From Symploca sp. SIO1C2 (GTDB lineage: Bacteria; Cyanobacteriota; Cyanobacteriia; Cyanobacteriales; Coleofasciculaceae), in assembly GCA_010672925.1 (NCBI GenBank), contig JAAHFP010000026.1, positions 64,001 to 92,984 on the forward strand: 28,984 bases of DNA. Direction: 5' to 3'. Shown here in pieces: positions 24,652-28,984 of the stretch. Numbering within the stretch: position 1 is the stretch's first letter; each line of letters opens with the position of its first letter. Under the pieces are notes generated by a model, which saw nothing but the letters and a program-made list of their open reading frames with translations, did not search any database and had not been told where the DNA came from. Position numbers and translations under genes: made by a program.

Positions 24652-24690
24652 AAGGACAAAGGACAAAGGACAAATAACAAACAACAAATA
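24652..24690. repeat. (AGGACAA)n/(ACAAATA)n heptamer array
   Basis: The sequence reads aaggacaaaggacaaaggacaaataacaaacaacaaata, immediately upstream of ggt. Confidence 0.85.
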
Positions 24691-24695
24691 TCTCT

Positions 24696-26429
24696 GTGCT
24701 AACTCGAACCAAGAAGTTGATCATCGGTGCTTTGGTGGCTGTAACTATTATTACCAGCCATTCTTTAGCTCAATCCCCAACTCCTGATAACTATAGGGGT
24801 ATTTTTAATCCCGTTAGCTCTCGCAATGGTATGGTTTCTTCTCAAGAAGCCTATGCCACTCAAGCCGGTTTAGAAGTGTTGCAGGAGGGAGGAAATGCCA
24901 TTGATGCAGCGGTGACTGTCGGATTTACCCTAGCAGTTACTTTACCGCGAGCTGGTAATATCGGTGGTGGTGGCTTTATGCTGGTGCATCTAGCACAAGA
25001 GAATCAAACCCTGGCTATTGATTATCGAGAAAAAGCTCCTTTAGCAGCAACCCGTGATATGTTTCTGGATGCAGCGGGGGAGGTGGAACCAGAAAAGTCG
25101 CGATACAGTTACTTGTCTGTTGGTGTGCCTGGTACGGTAGCTGGATTAACGATGGCCTTGGAAAAGTATGGCACAATTTCCCTAGAACGAGCCTTGCAAC
25201 CAGCAATTGCTTTAGCAGAAAAGGGTTTTCCTGTTTCCGAAGATTTGCATAATAGCCTAGTGCGATCGCAAGAGCGTATGCAAGTTTCTCCTGCTAGTAT
25301 GGCGATCTTTTATAAGCCAGGAGGTGTTCCCTATGAGGTGGGGGAAATTCTGGTACAAAAGGATTTAGCTAAAAGTTTGAGACTGATTGCCACGGAAGGT
25401 GCTCAAGCATTTTACCAAGGAGAAATTGCTGAAGCGATCGCAGCGGATATGGCAGCTAACGGTGGCTTAATTACCAAGGAAGATTTAGCCCGCTATCAAC
25501 CGGTGGTGCGAGAACCAATTCAGGGTACTTACCGGGGATATGAAATTTATTCTATGCCTCCTCCTAGTTCTGGTGGTATTCATCTGGTACAGATCTTGAA
25601 TATCTTGGAAGCGTTTCCTCTAGGGGAATTGGGACATAACACAGCTCAAACCATTCATTTGATGGCAGAAAGCATGAAGTTAGCTTATGCGGATCGTTCT
25701 AAGTTTTTGGGAGATCCTGACTTTGTCTCGGTGCCTGTGGCAGGCTTAACTGACAAAAACTATGCTGAGGAATTACGAAGCCGTATTAATCACCGTGGCG
25801 CCACAGCTTCCCAAGAAATTGCCCCTGGGAATCCCCACAATTTGGTAGAGAGTAATGATACAACTCATTATTCAGTTATGGATCAATATGGCAATGCTGT
25901 TGCCAATACTTATACTTTGAACTTTGCTTATGGTAGTCGCCTAACCGCAGCAGGAACCGGTATTCTCCTCAACAACGAAATGGATGATTTTTCTGCTAAG
26001 CCAGGAGTTCCTAATGCTTTTGGGTTAATCGGAGGAGAATTTAATGCCATTGAACCAGAAAAAAGAATGCTTAGCTCCATGACACCGACAATTGTGATGC
26101 AGGAGGGCAAACCCTATCTAGTTACAGGAAGTCCAGGTGGCAGTCGGATTATCACCACAGTTTTGCAAATTGTGATGAATGTCATTGACCATAAAATGAA
26201 TATAGCTACGGCTACTAATGCGGCCAGAGTGCATCATCAATGGTTACCAGATAAATTACGAGTAGAAGCAGGCTTGAGTGGTGACACCATCAATTTATTA
26301 GAGGAAAAAGGACATCAGGTTTCTGTTCAAAATGCTATGGGTAGCACTCAAAGTATCATGCGCATTGGAGATTCTTTTCAAGGAGCTTCTGATCCCCGCC
26401 GTGCCGGTGCTCTAACTTTAGGGTACTGA
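24696..26429 (+). CDS. ggt: Gamma-glutamyltransferase
   Basis: The protein has a signal peptide. The autoprocessing and catalytic Thr lies in TTHYSVMDQYGNAV, and GGEFNAIEPEKRMLSSMTP and GSPGGSRII blocks are present. It is 577 aa with a GTG start. Confidence 0.85.
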   Translation: MLTRTKKLIIGALVAVTIITSHSLAQSPTPDNYRGIFNPVSSRNGMVSSQEAYATQAGLEVLQEGGNAIDAAVTVGFTLAVTLPRAGNIGGGGFMLVHLAQENQTLAIDYREKAPLAATRDMFLDAAGEVEPEKSRYSYLSVGVPGTVAGLTMALEKYGTISLERALQPAIALAEKGFPVSEDLHNSLVRSQERMQVSPASMAIFYKPGGVPYEVGEILVQKDLAKSLRLIATEGAQAFYQGEIAEAIAADMAANGGLITKEDLARYQPVVREPIQGTYRGYEIYSMPPPSSGGIHLVQILNILEAFPLGELGHNTAQTIHLMAESMKLAYADRSKFLGDPDFVSVPVAGLTDKNYAEELRSRINHRGATASQEIAPGNPHNLVESNDTTHYSVMDQYGNAVANTYTLNFAYGSRLTAAGTGILLNNEMDDFSAKPGVPNAFGLIGGEFNAIEPEKRMLSSMTPTIVMQEGKPYLVTGSPGGSRIITTVLQIVMNVIDHKMNIATATNAARVHHQWLPDKLRVEAGLSGDTINLLEEKGHQVSVQNAMGSTQSIMRIGDSFQGASDPRRAGALTLGY

Positions 26430-26481
26430 GTTAGTTGTTAGGCAATGGTGACCAGTTAAGGCAAAAATTCGGAGGGCGAAG

Positions 26482-26560
26482 CATTTGGATACCATAATTT
26501 GGGATTTCACCGATGAATTTTCGCCCAAATGCTTACGCCCTTACACCCAATTCCCCATAC
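26482..26560. repeat. Inverted-repeat element copy 3: GGGCGAAGCATTTGG - about 35 nt - CCCAAATGCTTACGCCC
   Basis: The arms are complementary with one indel. They belong to the same arm family as the elements at 9133..9200 and 23190..23262. The element lies between the convergent 3' ends of ggt and the ACAD-like gene. Confidence 0.8.
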
Positions 26561-26602
26561 GTAAATTTCCTTTTAAATAAGGATTTGGAGAAAGCCCTCT
26601 AT

Positions 26603-27724
26603 TTAACCTATTAACTGAGCAAGAGTCGCTTCCATCACTGCCGTTGTTTGACCAGAGACGGTAAATACCAATGCCTCACGATATACTCGCTGTGCCGCAT
26701 GATATCGATAATTAGCCGCACCACTGGAAACAGTAACTGCTGCGGTGGCACAACGTTGGGCTAAATTAATTGCCCAAGCACGGAGTTTTAGCCGCTCATT
26801 CCAAGTTTGGGAGTTAGGTGCTAAGGCTGCTATCATGGCCGATTGGCAGCGCTGAAGTTCCTCATTAAAGGTATTAAAAGCTTGTTTGATAAAGGGAAGT
26901 TGTTTGGTTTGGTAAACTGCTTCAATAATATCAAGACCTGCTCTAGTATTTCCCAAGCAGTGAAACCCATGATGCAGAACATTTTTCTGATCATTCTCGT
27001 GAATTGCATCAGCTGGCTTAGTAAAGAGAACCAACTCTTGGGGTAAAAACCAATGAGTAAGTTCTGCTGTAACAGTATTAGTTGAAGACATTGCCCCTAG
27101 TTGCATTGGCTTACTCAAGGCAATTGTTCCCCCAGTCTGTTGTACAGTGTCCGTTAAGGGCAACATACCATACACTGCTTGACCATCGGGAAGCGTTGCA
27201 CCCAAAATAAAATCTTGAAAGAAGCCACAACCGGTTATCCAAGGCACTGTTCCATCTATCTCATACCCACCCTTTACAGGCATAGCTTTAACCATTGGCT
27301 TGCCTTGGCGTCGTAGATGGGAAAAACCGACACCAACCAATACTTCCCCTTGACTCATATAGGGTAGATATTGCCGCTTCAACCATTCGTTGTCAGAATT
27401 GGCAAGAAATCTTCCTGCACTTTGGTGTTGGGTTTGCAGAAATGCCAACGCGCCGGAGTAACGAGGTACTAGCTGTTGAAATTGGCGAAGAGTTAGTTCA
27501 CTCACTCCAGCACCTCCCCAAGCTTGAGGAACTTGCAGTGCTAACAAAGAACGACTGCTCATGCCCTGAAGTGCTGCTTTCAAGGCTTCTGGATTTTCAT
27601 CAATTTCTGAAGCTACTGGTGCAACGGACTCCTGGAAGTAGGATTGGGCAGTGTTTAACAGTCCTTGGGACTCATCTCTACTGCTCTGCTCCACATTGCC
27701 CTGATTCTCGACAGCTAATGACAT
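26603..27724 (-). CDS. Acyl-CoA dehydrogenase family protein
   Basis: The domain order resembles the ACAD N-terminal and middle beta-barrel domains (GVGFSHL..GKPMVKA..GGYEIDGTVPWITG). The protein is 373 aa. The assignment is by general fold-family resemblance only. Confidence 0.5.
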   Translation of the reverse strand: MSLAVENQGNVEQSSRDESQGLLNTAQSYFQESVAPVASEIDENPEALKAALQGMSSRSLLALQVPQAWGGAGVSELTLRQFQQLVPRYSGALAFLQTQHQSAGRFLANSDNEWLKRQYLPYMSQGEVLVGVGFSHLRRQGKPMVKAMPVKGGYEIDGTVPWITGCGFFQDFILGATLPDGQAVYGMLPLTDTVQQTGGTIALSKPMQLGAMSSTNTVTAELTHWFLPQELVLFTKPADAIHENDQKNVLHHGFHCLGNTRAGLDIIEAVYQTKQLPFIKQAFNTFNEELQRCQSAMIAALAPNSQTWNERLKLRAWAINLAQRCATAAVTVSSGAANYRYHAAQRVYREALVFTVSGQTTAVMEATLAQLIG

Positions 27725-27810
27725 TTGCTAGAGTCCTGAGGTTTATATATAAGCGCACACTTTTCCCATTATGAAATAATAATAACATAAAACAACAAGC
27801 AATTAATTGT

Positions 27811-27837
27811 AAAAGGAAAAACAGGCTTCCAGCCTGT
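27811..27837 (-). terminator. Hairpin AACAGGCT-TCC-AGCCTGTT followed (on the minus strand) by a U-rich tract
   Basis: The 8-bp stem is perfect. On the minus strand it is followed by TTTTTCCTTTT. The hairpin lies upstream of the ACAD-like gene start and antisense-proximal to the wecB-family 5' end. Confidence 0.35.
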
Positions 27838-27952
27838 TCCACCAGAGATTGTTTATATATTTATTGTGGAACTGGCATCTTGCCAGTCATCTTCTCGTTG
27901 CCTGTTGCCTTGTCCCGAAGTAGTATGTTTACAACCCAGATGAAAGCGCTAT

Positions 27953-28687
27953 ATGTTGGAAGCACCTGAACAATTTCCTGTGTTGGGACTACCAGTTCAC
28001 TTATTAGATGACTATCCTCGCTGGTTGATATCTCGTTTACAGCAAGGACAGGGAGCTCAGGTAGTGACTCTGAATGCAGAAATGGCAATGCAGGCAGAGC
28101 AAAATTCAGATTTAGCTAAAGTCCTTCAGCAAGCAGAATTAGTAATTCCAGATGGTGCTGGCATTGTACTCTACTTAAGGCTTCAAGGTAGACGACAACA
28201 ACGTTGTCCCGGAATTGAACTAGCTACTGCCTTGCTACAAAAGGCTGGAGAATGGGGAGATTCTTGTCCCGTGTTTTTCTATGGAGGTGCTCCTGAGGTA
28301 GTTAACAAAGCTGCTAAGGTATGGCAAGAACAACTGCCTAAATTAGCGATCGCAGGTATTTGGGATGGCTACCTCTCACCAGATGCTCAAACCCAATTAC
28401 AAGCTACTCTTCAAGAGCAACAACCAAAGCTCATATTGGTCGGTTTAGGTGTTCCTCGTCAAGAGTTGTGGATTGCCCAAAACCGCCACCTCTGTCCTCA
28501 AGCAACTTGGATTGGTGTCGGTGGCAGCTTCGATATCTGGGCAGGAGTAAAAACCCGTGCACCAGCTTGGATGCAGCAGATGAACCTAGAATGGCTGTAC
28601 CGACTTTATCAAGAACCCTGGCGTTGGCGCAGGATGATGGCTTTACCTCAGTTTGCTCTCAAAGCCCTCAAAAGAAGGTCGAATTGA
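27953..28687 (+). CDS. WecB/TagA/CpsF family glycosyltransferase
   Basis: The N-terminus reads VLGLPVHLLDDYPRWL...VVTLNAEM with PDGAGIV, which is typical of the family. The protein is about 245 aa. The last codons and the stop are embedded in the STRR GAAGGTCGAATTGAG. Confidence 0.8.
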   Translation: MLEAPEQFPVLGLPVHLLDDYPRWLISRLQQGQGAQVVTLNAEMAMQAEQNSDLAKVLQQAELVIPDGAGIVLYLRLQGRRQQRCPGIELATALLQKAGEWGDSCPVFFYGGAPEVVNKAAKVWQEQLPKLAIAGIWDGYLSPDAQTQLQATLQEQQPKLILVGLGVPRQELWIAQNRHLCPQATWIGVGGSFDIWAGVKTRAPAWMQQMNLEWLYRLYQEPWRWRRMMALPQFALKALKRRSN

Positions 28688-28795
28688 GAATTGTTGTTTG
28701 TTGTTTGTTGTTTGTTGTTTGTTGTTTGTCATTGGTCATTGGTCATTGGTCATTTGTTGTTTGGGAATTGAGAATTGGGAATTGGCAAGTCTAAA
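28688..28795. repeat. Composite STRR block: (TTGTTTG)n-(TTGGTCA)n-TTTGTTGTTTGG-(GAATTGR)n
   Basis: The block has the same modular order and junction sequence as 10332..10413. It includes the exact TTGGTCA heptamer x3. Confidence 0.85.
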
Positions 28796-28810
28796 TATCT
28801 ATCTTGTCTT

Positions 28811-28984
28811 CCTCAGCTTCCCCAGCTCCCTCAGCTTTCCCAGCTCCCTCAGCTTCCCCAGCTCCCTCAGCTCCCCCAGCTCCCTCAGCTTCCCCAGCTC
28901 CCCCAGCTCCCTCAGCTCCCTCAGCTCCCTCAGCTCCCCCAGCTCCCCCAGCTCCCTCAGCTCCCTCAGCTCCCTCAGCTCCCC
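28811..28984. repeat. Tandem nonamer array CTCAGCTCC (reverse complement of the GGAGCTGAG array at 1..360) running to the window edge
   Basis: Direct reading gives about 19 units with the same variant types as the array at 1..360 (CCCAGCTCC, CTCAGCTTC). Confidence 0.9.

Noticed and set aside
1-28984. The possibility that the many tandem repeat arrays are CRISPR arrays
   Set aside because: The units are 7 to 9 bp and directly abutting, with no unique spacers of about 30 to 40 bp. No cas genes are present. These are STRR-type microsatellites.

Overview
The window looks like a chromosomal segment from a filamentous, heterocyst-forming cyanobacterium (Nostocales-like). Three things in the sequence point that way: the HIP1 octamer GCGATCGC occurs roughly 17 times in 29 kb; nearly every intergenic gap carries short tandem heptamer or nonamer arrays of the STRR type, including the exact STRR heptamer TTGGTCA; and psbV/psbV2 are present. 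I call about 24 protein-coding genes and one truncated gene. They are an MBL-fold hydrolase, ribF, a MoxR AAA+ ATPase followed 7 bp later by a membrane-anchored diheme c-type cytochrome, an AT-rich metallophosphoesterase, a membrane coiled-coil protein, two tandem Uma2 (DUF820) endonuclease-like genes, a cyanoexosortase-like gene, a DegT-family aminotransferase, psbV2 and psbV, a Tat-signal caspase-domain protein whose catalytic Cys is replaced, cysK, a CHASE2-sensor class III nucleotidyl cyclase, a DUF928-like secreted protein, a third Uma2 gene with a coding 21-bp tandem repeat, a secreted S8 subtilase, a truncated aldo/keto reductase, an AT-rich membrane-anchored hypothetical, a small antitoxin-like ORF, ggt, an acyl-CoA dehydrogenase-like gene and a WecB/TagA glycosyltransferase. 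I recognise no rRNA, tRNA, CRISPR array, integrase or transposase. I do not see a clear, self-contained novel multi-gene system such as a defence island. The best candidates for follow-up are (i) the predicted catalytically dead, Tat-exported orthocaspase with a DUF4384-like C-terminus; (ii) the CHASE2-cyclase / DUF928 / S8 protease neighbourhood; (iii) a family of about 70-bp inverted-repeat elements with conserved 15-bp arms at three gene 3' ends, one of them at a truncated AKR gene; and (iv) the repeat architecture itself, with a nonamer array at both window edges in inverted orientation and dispersed unique modules flanking STRR arrays. All calls come from reading the sequence and the supplied ORF translations; no searches were run.
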